From Raillietiella orientalis (Eukaryota), in contig JAYWIR010000019.1 in assembly GCA_036172245.1 (NCBI GenBank), positions 2,604,001 to 2,668,000 of the forward strand: 64,000 bases of DNA, given 5' to 3'. How positions within the stretch are numbered: position 1 is the stretch's first letter; the number at the start of each line of letters is the position of its first letter. The position numbers and the translations under genes are program-made. The notes beneath the pieces are model-generated. The model made no database searches. It was not told the origin of the DNA and saw nothing but the letters and a program-made list of their open reading frames with translations. Shown in pieces: positions 1 to 12,247 of the stretch.

Positions 1-1909
1 ACATTTCCATCAAGTGGAACGCTTACTGCTCAGCATTTTAAGAAAAATAAAGCATCAGTGTGATGACAACAACCCAAAACATCTTTATCGTTGCCTCAGA
101 TCAACTACTACTCGGCATTACTTTTATCACTTGGCCAGAGCTCCATGAAATTCAAACTTCGAAACTTTCCCTACTCACTTTCATTCACCGAGTTGACTTA
201 AGGTATTGGGAATTGCAGGAATGTCATAGCATTCCCGATCGCGTCAGCAAAAAAATTGAAAGCTCTAAATTCATTTCTGTTGGCTTGCAAGTGCAAAACA
301 GAACAACTAAACAACAACAGCAGCAAGAAAAGACATCAAGAAAATAACCTGAGAAACCTGTTCCCGAATTGCGCATTAAATGGTTTCTTTTCCCAGAACA
401 GCTTTGTGCTTATGGAATCTGAATGGAAGTGTTTGATTCGAAGAATTCCACATTAAACATCATGCATTGAACTTTACATGCAGCATTAAGCGTCAGATGA
501 AAACATTCGGGATTGATGGACAAAGAATCCAATGTTCTCCATGGTCCGCAACTGTCAGAAATACGCTCTCGTAAAAAAGAACGCCATGCAAGGGTTGAGC
601 CATCTTGCTTTCTCCCATCTCATTTCTGCCAATTAAGGTTCCATATGAAACGAAAAAAAACAAAAAAAAAAACACCCATATTTTCAAATACGGACGGTTC
701 CATTGGAAAGACAATTTTGGTGCAAACAACTGGTTTGTAAGAATAGAATCTTTGATTCAAAATCCGATGCCCTAATTATACAAACTAAGGAACATTCTCC
801 CTGGAATGTTGCTTATGTTGGCACTTATGGCAGAATTAGTCGTCGATGTGCTTACAGAGCACCTACAGAGTTAGAGGAGATCACTTCTGTTTATATGCTG
901 TCTGAAGCTCTTCAGATGCTTTCCTGCGTAACACAGAAACGCGATGGCATTGGTGTTATGCAGACCTTGTGCGGCACCGCTTGGTTTTGCTGCCGTGTTC
1001 TATGATGATTCTCCTGGAATGGATTAGCGCATGATTTATTTAACGAGGAGTAATAACCGTGAATTATTTAGGCAAGCTTGCCATGTACTTAAGTAGATCC
1101 AGGACCTCATTGAATTAAGTGCTTCCAAGCCTAGTAATTTATTTTTGTTCTTTGCTTCCGATTCGAAATGCATTACGTAGAATGCCTAGCACCTTGTGAC
1201 GATAGATCCCATGGCTTATCTTGGAAGACTCAGGAGTGTTGCATCCTCCATCTAGGAAAACATCCTTCTCCTAGAGTATTTTAAAACGAATAGAAGATAA
1301 ATCTTTGTTTATCCCGATTCCTATCTTGTCCGTTAATTTCTTTCATTTCTTTTTACAGGAATTTTCCCTATTTCCATTAGCATTTTTGCCTTCAAACTGG
1401 TGATTCGTACTGCTTAAAACTTTATTGAATTTTACATCAACATTCATCTTAGAGAAGGAAAATTTTTTTGCCCAACACTATTGGGGTTTGACAGATAAAA
1501 TGGAAACCAACTACCGGATTTCAGAAGAGGTATGTCTATTGTCAAACCATAGAATTGATCTGAATTTCAGTCAGCATGAAGAAATCATGAAAATTAAATT
1601 CTGTTTCTTAGTCTTCGGATTGACATGTGGGTATCAAGGTTTAATTGATTCCCTTCTCGATTTCCGATTCCCAAAGGATCTCGAAGATCTTCCATATTCC
1701 TAGTCTTCTGCAACCTTAATTCATTCAACCAGTGTCTCTTTCATCTATGAAATTAAAAATCAAGCTGTGACGACTGAGTTTATCTTTGGTGTTCTCTTTT
1801 ATTTCGTAACTAATTAAAAACGACATTTCCTAAATATCAGAGCGAGTTTTATGGATTCAGTCCGATAGGTCAACTCAGATTAAAATCATTGCATTCAATT
1901 ATATTGAAA

Positions 1910-4900
1910 TTACGTATCTCGGGTTAGCAAAAATTTTTGAGTATTACCTTCTTCACCTTCCGGATAATAGGATGGACATATTTTAGACTTAGCATACCAA
2001 GATTTGGCATAGATGCCCCAAGGGCAAGTTGATGCTCGAGGTACTCCCGGAAGAAGGTGGCCTCTATTATCTGCGATGATAGCTGTTGTTTTCCTGCTTC
2101 TGACTGGTCTCCTAGATTCAGTTTTTGCATACTCCCAGTTACCTAGATGCCGAGGTCGAAATTCTTCTTCAAACTAGAAAGCAACATGTTTAATCAGCGC
2201 GTGGTTTGCCGGATTAGAAAGTTTGCCCTTCAGAAATACCGAACGATCGCTTAAACCTCTCAACACGTGAGTAGCGCTTCGGATAAACCAACTCAGACGA
2301 GGAGGGTCAACAGGAGCACTTTCTGGGATCTACCCCTTTTGCCCATTCCGATTTCGGAAAAACCTAGTTACGTAGTCTGTCCACTAGCGTGCATAGTGGA
2401 TCAGTTTTGTAAGAATTTGGTAGGAAGGCAATCTCGTAAGACTTGCTAAGCATCCTACATCCTCTAGCCAGTTCACAACTTTCATAGATGCGACTAAATG
2501 CAAAATTCATTTTTGACTCTGTCCACTTTCAAATGCAACTATTGGCATATCTGGCATACCAGATGGACAAGGCTTTGCAAGATTGACAAAGAAGTTTTAC
2601 CTGACTAGGAAGAGGAGGAACTTTGCATGAAAAAAAAAAGAGAGAATTATTGTTCGTGCTTTTGTTACCTACAGATTGAAAATTCAGAATGTACCGCAAT
2701 TAAAAGTCACAATTTGATGTCTGATGGTTATGCACAAAAGTAATGTAGAGCCGTAAGAGATGAGAATCAAAAGCTTAGCAGATATTTTAACTACATGACA
2801 GAAGGTGAAAGACCCACGATGTCCAAATAATAAATCACAATCTAAATCTGCTCAATTACGTGAAAAGGATATGCACGGGTAGGTCAGATTTTCTTAAGAA
2901 AGCAAAATGAATTTTCAAATATCACTTGCTGCAAGTTTGCGGTCGTTGGTAGATCATTGGTCACTCGATACACCGATGATTTCTCAATATCGACAGACCC
3001 ATTTTCGACGAAAACTCTCCGAAAATATTCGCTTGAGAATGTTGCTCCTGGGCCTCCTTTCCCTGAAGGTAACTGATTGTGAATGAAGAGTACCTTCAGC
3101 TTTCACTGTTTTTCTATAACCAAATTCTTGTTTTCTCTCCTGTCAGAGAATTCAGAATTCCTAGAGGTGACCTTGGAAAATATCAGGAACCTGACGGTTT
3201 CTCATATATAAAGACTGTCATTTTCTAAAATAAGCAGCATTCCATGATGAAGGCTTTCCCCAAGTGACATACCATGCTCCATCGTTGTACTACAACTTAT
3301 CGGAAATGGCAAAGAATCTTTCGTAAAAAGCCTCGGCGAATGACCACAGCTGTTGGGAACTGTCCCTCAATGCAACTTTCTTGAAAACAGTACATGAACG
3401 CACTGTACCCCTGTCATAAGAAGTAATGATGATTTACTTATAAAACTCTTAACCAAATTTTCTTGGTACCACCTTGATTGTTTCCTTATTTGCTTCTTAT
3501 TCACTATCCAAAGATTATTGCTACTTTTCTATTTATTTCTTTTTTTTCGTTTAAAATCTACGTATTCCTTCGTGTGATCATGGCCTAAACCACATTTTAT
3601 CCTCCTTTTTTTCGAGCTTTGCTTTAGTTTTCTTGACAAGTTTCATGAAAGTCTAGGTTCTACTTTATTTTCCAAACTGAAAATGCAATTCACAGAATTC
3701 AAGCCTACATTGCTTTGGATACGGAAACACTGTATTTCTGAGATTATGACAAACCAAGAAGACGAGTAACACTCAGGTGTCTCTACATAGATATCACAAA
3801 CCAGTGAAAGTATAAAGATGTGTTTCACAGATGTCACGTCAAGCTCACAAGAGTCGGAGTCACTATCGATGTAATGCACTGTTCGAAAGCAACTTTCAGT
3901 CTTCCAGCAGTCGCTGCCTAGATGGCTGCGAGGATGGCTGCCAGACGTCCATAGGACAAAACAGACGGTGGCGGAAGTGAGCATCAAATAAGACAATAAC
4001 GTCTGCAACCCTGCACCGAGCCATAAAAGGTAGCCATTAAAAAATACACAGCGTGTATTTAGCTCACCAGCAATTGAGGGTTCTACAGGAAGCCAAAAGC
4101 TTTACTTTGTAGGATCGAGATTAGTCCATTGGATAAAATGAGTTGGCAAAAGAAAGTCATGCTGAAGAAGCATATTTATTGAATATAGCCAGAGCGCCTG
4201 TTATTTCAATGACTACAAAACAAAACAAAAAAAAACTCTGCCAAGACCATCCACATACAAGAACCAAATGATTGCAAACATTGATTTCGCGCTTCCAACT
4301 ATGTTTATAAAATCGGATAACATGGAAACAACCAAAGAGTACGCACATCGAGATGTAGTGCACCCATAAAGACAAGGCAATAATAACACCAAGAATATGA
4401 ATTGCCCTAGTTCAGGTCTTTTTGCCAATGCATGTTGCTGCCTTGCTGAACACTGCAAAGTCCAACAAGAACTATGGAATACCCTCAAGCAGAAAATCTC
4501 ATGTTCATTTGGCATCAAAAAAACAACAGAGTTCTGGTTCCTAATAAGGACCAGATTACCACCACTGAAGCTATAAAATTTGCCCAAAGGAGATTGCTTA
4601 CTTACTTTTTGATTCAAAAGCATTGAAATAAGCTGAACAATTTTAAATCATCATTAAACAAACAAATCTTATGAAATAGCAACGTTTCCTTTATTACCTT
4701 TGCAAGTAGCATCATTTAACCTTTTGTGATGCAGTTTCACAAGTTTGGCTGTATGCCGTTTTTGTTTTCCTGTTCACCACATCCTAAATAATGTGCAGTG
4801 CACGAAATTAAGAGATGTTTATGAAGAGACTAATAATAATTAATCTTTCATACAGATTCACTTGGAAATCACACAAGAATTGCCTTTCCCTAAATCGACT

Positions 4901-5800
4901 AATTGACGGTGATGATAGATGTTTTTTCATTTTGACTGATTACTACGTAATTCGCAGACTACATACTAGCCTAAAGCTCTCATACTTTTTTTTTTCTCCA
5001 ACTGATCTGTTGAGCAAATCTGAAGCCATTTGCAAAAGACTAGTGAGGCAACCTTCCATCTAGGGTTTGACTTTCTTAAATAGCTGCTCCAATAACGAAT
5101 CCTAATAATCTCATGATCATTATCCTCTTAGAATAAGGAAATTTTACTGCATTATTAATTTCTTTCCTCTAGTAGAACAGTCGTATTTATAGAAACCAAG
5201 GAAACCATTTCAGTTTTGGAAGACATTTTCCTATCGCATTCGCACTGTGCTAGGAAACCGACAGCACAGGTTACAACTTTTTTGCCTTTTACTTTATAAA
5301 GTTAGGTTTCCGTATTTTCATTTAAACTGGAATCTCAGTTATAAGTTTATAAGGTAATTATGGAACTAAAGGTACCACTGTGCCCACAGCTGGATATTTG
5401 CACAACTGTACGAATTCTTAGCCTACAAGTTCTTCATGTGCAAATATAGTATCTAACTCAATCACTGCTTTCAAAATAATTAATTTAGTCAGGCATTCAG
5501 TTGGGCATTTAACCAAGTACAGAGAGCAACACAAAACTTAAATAAAGGGTGGGAAAAAGATATTTGGCAAGTTACAACCTTAAATCCTAATGTTTTCAAA
5601 ACATAATCCAGCAAACAAGGACGTATTCGAAATAAGGATTAATACATTCTTGAACACTTTTATCCTGATAAAGCATTCATTATAAGTAGACCATTACTAT
5701 GAATGCAATACTGAGAGTACAATTATTCCCAAGAATATATCAAAATACGATCATGAGTGCAAGAAATACCTACCTGACCAGCACTGTATATTTTCGCCAT
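1910..5800 (-). CDS. CFAP126: Protein Flattop / cilia- and flagella-associated protein 126 homolog
   Basis: Exon 1 5800-5774 = MAKIYSAGQ, then GTAGGT donor. Exon 2 starts at 2173 after TTTCTAG: FEEEFRPRHLGNWEYAKTESRRPVRSRKTTAIIADNRGHLLPGVPRASTCPWGIYAKSW. This matches the Flattop motifs MAxxYSANQ|YE..F...L.NW and IIANDRGHLLP.VPR...PWG. 3' end uncertain: read-through stop at 1912-1910, or a donor at 1947. Confidence 0.85.
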
Positions 5801-5908
5801 ATTTTACGAAGATTTATATATAATCTCTATGTATCACTGTTATTAATAATCTGATGTCTAATTCATGAAATTTTGTGCATAGGGACTTTGAAAACACACA
5901 TCTGGCCA

Positions 5909-5922
5909 GTGGACTTGGCAAC
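5909..5922. promoter_or_regulatory. Candidate RFX X-box
   Basis: GTGGACTTGGCAAC: perfect GGCAAC half-site and one mismatch to GTNRCC, ~110 bp upstream of the Flattop ATG. RFX X-boxes are established in ciliary gene promoters. Confidence 0.45.
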
Positions 5923-8900
5923 AGAATCCATGTTTATCTTTATTGATCACGCCGCCTCATGTATACATTTATATGACATGGCCATCAATATATTTTTGAA
6001 CAGGACGATGTATGATGTATGGATGTGTGCACATACATTTCACGGCCATGAACAGCAAAAGATGTTAACATCTGAGACGAAATAATTAAAAGTTATTCAG
6101 ATAAGACTTAATATCAAATAAAATTAAGCAAAGTCATACAAAAGAATCCACTCTTATAAGTTAAATAGAAACAATGATGAGAAAAAGTACTACTTCGAAA
6201 ACTGACTGATGACTTTTTATCATACCTTATTATTATCATTCTCTGAATAGGACATCGTACGTAACGCATCTTTCCATATAGGTTATACATACGGCTTTCA
6301 AAATGTTGCGCGTATGCAAACTAAATCGAGAAATTGTATCCAAATTACCTGGAAACCTAATTACTCATTGTCTTTCCAAATGTGCTACACTTTAAAGTAA
6401 TATGTGCTGTCAGTTATTAACGAAATACACCTATATGCATGTACTGTTTTTCATGCATTTTTGAATTATACTCAATAAGCCATGTCTTGCAGAATTGTGT
6501 TTCATCTGGAAAACTTGTGATGGGTCCGCAGAAGATTATCATAATGAGATTTTATTGGGGATCGGTGCAAGCCGCAGTTTTACACACCTGAAGAAGGGTA
6601 AATCCGAAGACCGACTGGTATGCCTGATGGATATTTATCCATCAGACATACCAGTCTTCAGCTTAATTGTATCGTTTCATTGAAATCTCTGAAACGATAC
6701 AATTAAGTTAGGTCTACTGCTTGTTTCAATATGCCTAAATGAAGGGCTGCTTACAGTTGTACGTCTTCATGGAATCAACAGATCATGCATAAGAATATGA
6801 GTGCAGCACACGTAAAGTACCCAAAATTGGATTTTTCTATTTTGACTTGTTCTTTACGAAATCGTGGGAAAAGGCAAATGAAAGGAAGAAAATAAATGTA
6901 GCTGATTTGTTATCAATATGTGCATCTCTGCGTTTTAAGAAAGTGTTTCTGTTCAGGGTCTACTTTAGAAAAGGAAAAGGCATTTTGTTTTTTTGCTTTT
7001 TTTTTTTGAAGATTGCAGTCAAAATTAATTTAAGGATCCGAAAGCTCAGAATCATATTTTAGTTTACTTCAAACTTCTTTTAATGTAAAGTGAACGACGA
7101 TCTACACTTATCTCTATCTTCGAATTCTGAAACTTTCTCTGAGTCTACAATAAGAGCGGTCCAATAGAGTCAGGAGGGTACAATAGAGCAATCTGATTTT
7201 TCAAATACGAATGATTTCTAGTCATAAGTTGGATTTATCTTTAAAAGAAGCCCTTTATCAGCAGTATCTTTTGTACCTCCTATTATAGACAGACATTGGT
7301 TCATTACTTACAACTCGAACGCATGAGAAGAGTGCCTGACACTTCCTATGTTTTTCCAGAGGTTAAACTCAGAATTCAACAACTTCAGGGCCTGACAAAA
7401 GTCCTATCAATAGGCGAGGCCCATCTGAAACGACTCGTTTTTCTAGTTACTCAGCTGTCTTATTTGAAAGCACAGAGTATGGTGCAGAAGGAAAATAAAT
7501 AATGGCATGTATCTAATGGTATGATGATCACCAATGGTCACTTTTTCAATTTTACAGCCTAAAAAATACACTGAAAGAGCTTAGCATCTGTGCTGATGTA
7601 TAAGGTTAGAGGAGAGGACTAGGACTTCAGTGCATCACGCTCAAACAACCTGTGAAATGGAAAATCAGGATGCGTGAGGAATTGCATTCGGTTGGAGAAT
7701 TTTCCGGAGCAAATCTTCCAGTTCTGCTTGACAGCAAGATTTTCAAGAGCATTGGCCAAGATGGAAAGAATACACGGTATACAACTCCGAACACAAGGAA
7801 TTTGGGGGGACGTCCTGTGATGGGTGTGTAGTGTGAGCTGGAGAAGAATAAAAACAGAAAGAAAGAAAGACTGAGGTCCTCCATCCAAATGCTACTCGGG
7901 ATTATTGAAAGCACTGTATAAAAAAATGGACAAGAGAGCTGGAGAGAGCGAACTTCGAGTGGATGGCGATCCAGATGTGTGCAACTTGGAGATCGCAACT
8001 TGACAAATTTGCGACGGACTCCCTGGGCTCCCCAACAGGAAGCGTCGACCAGTGCCGACTCTTCGACTGCTGGAACGTCGAGCGAAGCCGTCGAGTCCCA
8101 AACATTCAAACGCCGTTAGGTGCTCCACAAATGCACCCTTTCCATGGATGAGGAGTGCGTTTTGTTGAGCAGTCATTTTCTTTCACATCACGTATTTCGT
8201 TTTTCATTACTATCTAATAAGCGGCATTTTAAACATACGTTTACATTTGTTTAATAAAGGGCGTCTCATTTGACGTTGGAAAATGAATTGTTCAAGGGAA
8301 ATATCTGTCTCTTTTTTGAGGAAAGACTTCACAGCTCGTAGTTTTTCGTAGATGGCAGCATTTTAGTTTAGGATCAGTGTTATCAAAAAAGTGGGGACCA
8401 GCAACCGAAGTGTTGCGAACTTATAAAACTAGAAGTGTGTTTCGATTAAAATTAATGAAAACCCTTTCAAATTTTTTTTCTTTTCAAAAATGAAAACCCC
8501 GCTCCGTGGAATGATAGAACCTCTTGAACTACACCGCATGTGTGGGTTCAAGGAAGCCAAATAAATGCAGCAGCTGGCCGAACTGTATCTTGAAACTTTT
8601 GTCTCGAGAAATGACACTCGAGAAAAAACTGGACCCTTCTTGAACTCTGACCCCCATCCCCCTAGCGAACCGCTTCACTCGCAACATGCAAAAAATGTGA
8701 CTCAAGTCCTGTTCCTTTCTTACGATTGTTTTCGACTTTGAAACTCCAAGAAAGCTGCCCCAAACAGGAACAAGGACTGCTCTTGGGATCTAATCCGAAG
8801 AACTACGTTTTTCGAACAAGGAGGGAGAAAGAGTCCCGATAGTGGGTCAAAGGCTCATTAGCGAAATTGGGAAGAGATGCTTCAAAGTGGCTCCTACTTT

Positions 8901-11900
8901 CTACTTCCTAATTTGAAGTAAATTCGTGTTTCCTAGAAGGCACACTGTGGTTAAGGAATCTTCCGCCTTTCGTTGTGCTGCACATTAGGAAGCAGGGGAA
9001 TAGATTCCGCCTTTTGCTGAAAAAAACAGCATTATCCCCCCCCCCCTCCCCTCTCTACATTTAAGAAGCGTTGATTTCGTTGACTGACTCTGTAGGATGT
9101 TTAAATAGGCCACGAACACAATTCAAGGACAGCAGTTTTTTTTTTAAGTTCCCTCCTGATCATCGAAGGACCTCCTATCGTCCTTTCCTCTCATGGTCAG
9201 TGTCCATTTTTATAGGTTTGTGTGTCAAAAATAAAGGAAGACCTTCGAGATTCGGGATACGCCTCATCGAACTGGACCTGTGTTTTCTACTTCTTTTTCC
9301 AATCATTTCTTTGGGGCGTTGGGAGGGTTCACCGTTGTCAGGAGTTCAAATTCATTTTTTCTTGAACACAAATCAGAATCGCTTAGGGTGCCTCTGAAAC
9401 TTTCAACAGACTCCAATCAGTGGGCCATTGGGTAATCGCTTCACATCCGGAGGGCTGCAGCTTTCGTGTGCCCGTTTGCTTCTGTCACCATGAGACCCCT
9501 GCATGGAAACGAAATTTTGATCCAGTCTCCTGTGAAAGATGAGATCTCATTCTTCGCGTGGAGGAGTTCCAGTGCACACATACGGTTTTCTTGACTTGCA
9601 GGTTGCAGAACAGCATAGCAAACATCTCTGAATGTGTTCGCTATGCTGTCCCTCGAAGGACACCGTGGGCAACACAAATCTTTGCGGGCCTCTGTCTTGA
9701 GTTGTGGTTATACCAGAGCTGGTAAAATGCCTGCAGACTATTACGTTCTGGCATGCCATTGGGCATCACAACATCATAATTCTGTGGAAGCTGCCTGGAA
9801 CATTACAGTGCTTCCTTGTCAGGTTGATCTTCCTTGTTGGCAGTGTCAAATAAGTGTAGGGAGGATGAGGGTTTGACAAAAACTGGATAATTATCAGATG
9901 CTTCTTCCATGTTAAATGGAATCCGGGGAGAGAACACTGATGGAATACTTCAGCTGAAGGTTCCACCTTATGCAGCAGCTGCATTTGGGATGTCTCAAGC
10001 AGTTCATTTCACCTTTTCATGCTGCTCAGACAACACCATTGCCCAAGAGCGACGCCGTTTCGGCCATGCTTTTGTGCTGGCTGCTTTAAGAGCTATTCCG
10101 TACTCTCTATCTGTCAACAAGCACCGTCCATGCTTGCTCAAAATCATCAGCTCATTGCTATAGATCACCTCCCATTCCTGAGAGCCTCGATAAACATGAA
10201 CACGTTTGGAAGCTGGATAGTCATCATGCTGACTAGCTGCAAATAATCACCATGATCAAAGAAAGGAACGCACTGTTCTCCAGGGAGGATCCTTCCTCAT
10301 CGGTTGTCTTCATCATTTAGGATATCATCCTACCTTTAGATATTCAGTTCTCGCCGGTCATAAGTCGAAATTCGCCATTTCTTTGAGTCATCGTTCATGA
10401 AGCCATGTGTCTGCGGACGCCTGTGGACTTTTGAAGTGGACTCACTCCTTTCAGGGAATGAAACACTCGCTTCGAAATTCGACAGCATAATTTAGGAACG
10501 ATTGGCACTCTTCAAGGGAACTTGACCCATGCCCCCAGCTGATCTTCTGCGGGGCAGGACTGGTGTCTTTACTGAACAAAGAGACGGAACCAGTTGCAGG
10601 ATTCCTTTGTTCTTCCTTTCTCCGTGATGTGCATTTTCTGAAATTCTAAAGCGCTCATCACTCAACCGCAGCGATCAAACCCACTCGATCTTTGAACATT
10701 TGATTGCATCTTTAAATTCATTTCAAACCAAACACTCCTCGTTTCTCAAGGTATACATTTAGATTCCTCTGGAATAAAGGAATTTAAATACACGTGGAGC
10801 ATGTTCCTTTTCCCCTTATTTCCAAGTCCTCAATGTGAGTATTCCAGATCCCATTGCATGAAGCGCTTTAGAATGGTCCCATCGAAATATCAATCGTGGT
10901 GGTGATGGTCTCGGAAAAAAATAAAATAAAAAGAAGAAGAACAAGATGAAGTCTGAACACAGTTTGATGTGCACTTGAAACTATTTTAGCTTTTCCACCA
11001 ATGTTATGTACCTTCATTCTGATTCTGCATCCACTAATGTGGGAAGTTCTTGCACTTCTGTCGAAAGGCATAAACGAATTTCGAAACCGTTTTTCAAAGT
11101 TTCTTTCTACTGCCCCACTCATACGGTGGCCACTTCTGAGCGCTAAAATAAAGCCCAACGCGATCGTTCTGCGGCTCTGCACCATGATGATGGCTACTCC
11201 ACTGCCCGAACACATACTTAGTGTCTCTTATGCCGTACCCATTTCATCTTCAGTGGCCCTATTCTGGTGCTTATGCTTTATACGTTATTAATGATTCTGT
11301 ATATGTCTGTAATTAAGATTAAAGCGAACCCTTCTTATCCATTCTACTGTTGGCTCATTCTTTTGTTTTTAGGGCACTTGTTCCTTCTTCTTGTTCCTGC
11401 TGTGTTGCATATCCCAGCGACGGCACGTATGGCATCAATGACGCCATTTCTCCGACAACAGGTTCCTCGTTTCGAGCCTTGTCTTCGGCCTGCTCGCGAC
11501 GGTTTCCGAAAACTTTCGCGAGTGATGAACAGCATCCGTGGTCTATCGACGGCGCTCGAAGCGAACCCAACTAGAAGTACAATGGAAAAATCACAATTAG
11601 GCAGGTGAATAGATTCATGTCTAGATCCGTTGTTTGCAAAGGGAGGGAGGAGAGGGGAAAAAAGTCTACTCTCTCAAGTGACCAGGGTTTTATTTTTATT
11701 TCGAAAACACACATGATTAGTAAAAAAAAAAAAAAAAAAAAACGCTAGAGAAATAGTAATAGTATTCAGAAAACCGCTAAAGGGCCAATCAAAGAACTAA
11801 ATCCACTTTTCAGCATGCAATGCATTCCTTCGTAACCAAAACATTCACATTGAGACTTCAGCAACAGAATGTGCGCCATTCCAAGATGGTTCCCAAAGCC

Positions 11901-11980
11901 ATCACGATCTTTGGAAACGAGCCTCCGAGTTGAGGCTTCTGCCAAACACGCATGCACGCGCACAGTGGGAACCTCCTGAG

Positions 11981-12247
11981 TCAATGCTTGAGAACGTAAC
12001 TGAGATGTGCGATGTAGCAAATAGCCAGTCTGAGGATTTCTATCTTCGACAGCTTCTTATCAGGTGGCAAAGTTGGCAGTAGTCTTCTCAGCTCCGCGAA
12101 CGCCGTGTTGAAAGTTTCGACTCGCACTCTCTCTCTAGTCGCATGAGCAGCGCGATATTTAACACTCTTTCTTCTCCGGCGACATCTCTCTTCTCTTGAC
12201 AAGTTCTCGGACTGGCACCACAATCTATGCAAGTAGAAAACTACCAT
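11981..12247 (-). CDS. NHLH: Nescient helix-loop-helix (NHLH/HEN/HLH4C-type) bHLH transcription factor
   Basis: [70 protein letters not shown] is the NHLH-family bHLH. Start uncertain: in-frame ATG at 12247, a splice acceptor at 12226-12225, or the longer ORF to 12544. Confidence 0.9.
   Translation of the reverse strand: MVVFYLHRLWCQSENLSREERCRRRRKSVKYRAAHATRERVRVETFNTAFAELRRLLPTLPPDKKLSKIEILRLAICYIAHLSYVLKH

Noticed and set aside
3643..4623. Hydrophobic minus-strand ORFs with faint SLC13-like words (RCAY, LLWLGA)
   Set aside because: Stops and frame breaks, no consistent exon structure, and it lies in a Flattop intron on the same strand; similarity too weak.
7620..8150. Overlapping ORFs with a vague carboxylesterase C-terminus flavour
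   Set aside because: No catalytic motifs; fragments fall in different frames.
9400..10250. Several 70-85 codon open frames on both strands
   Set aside because: No recognisable domain; expected at this GC content.
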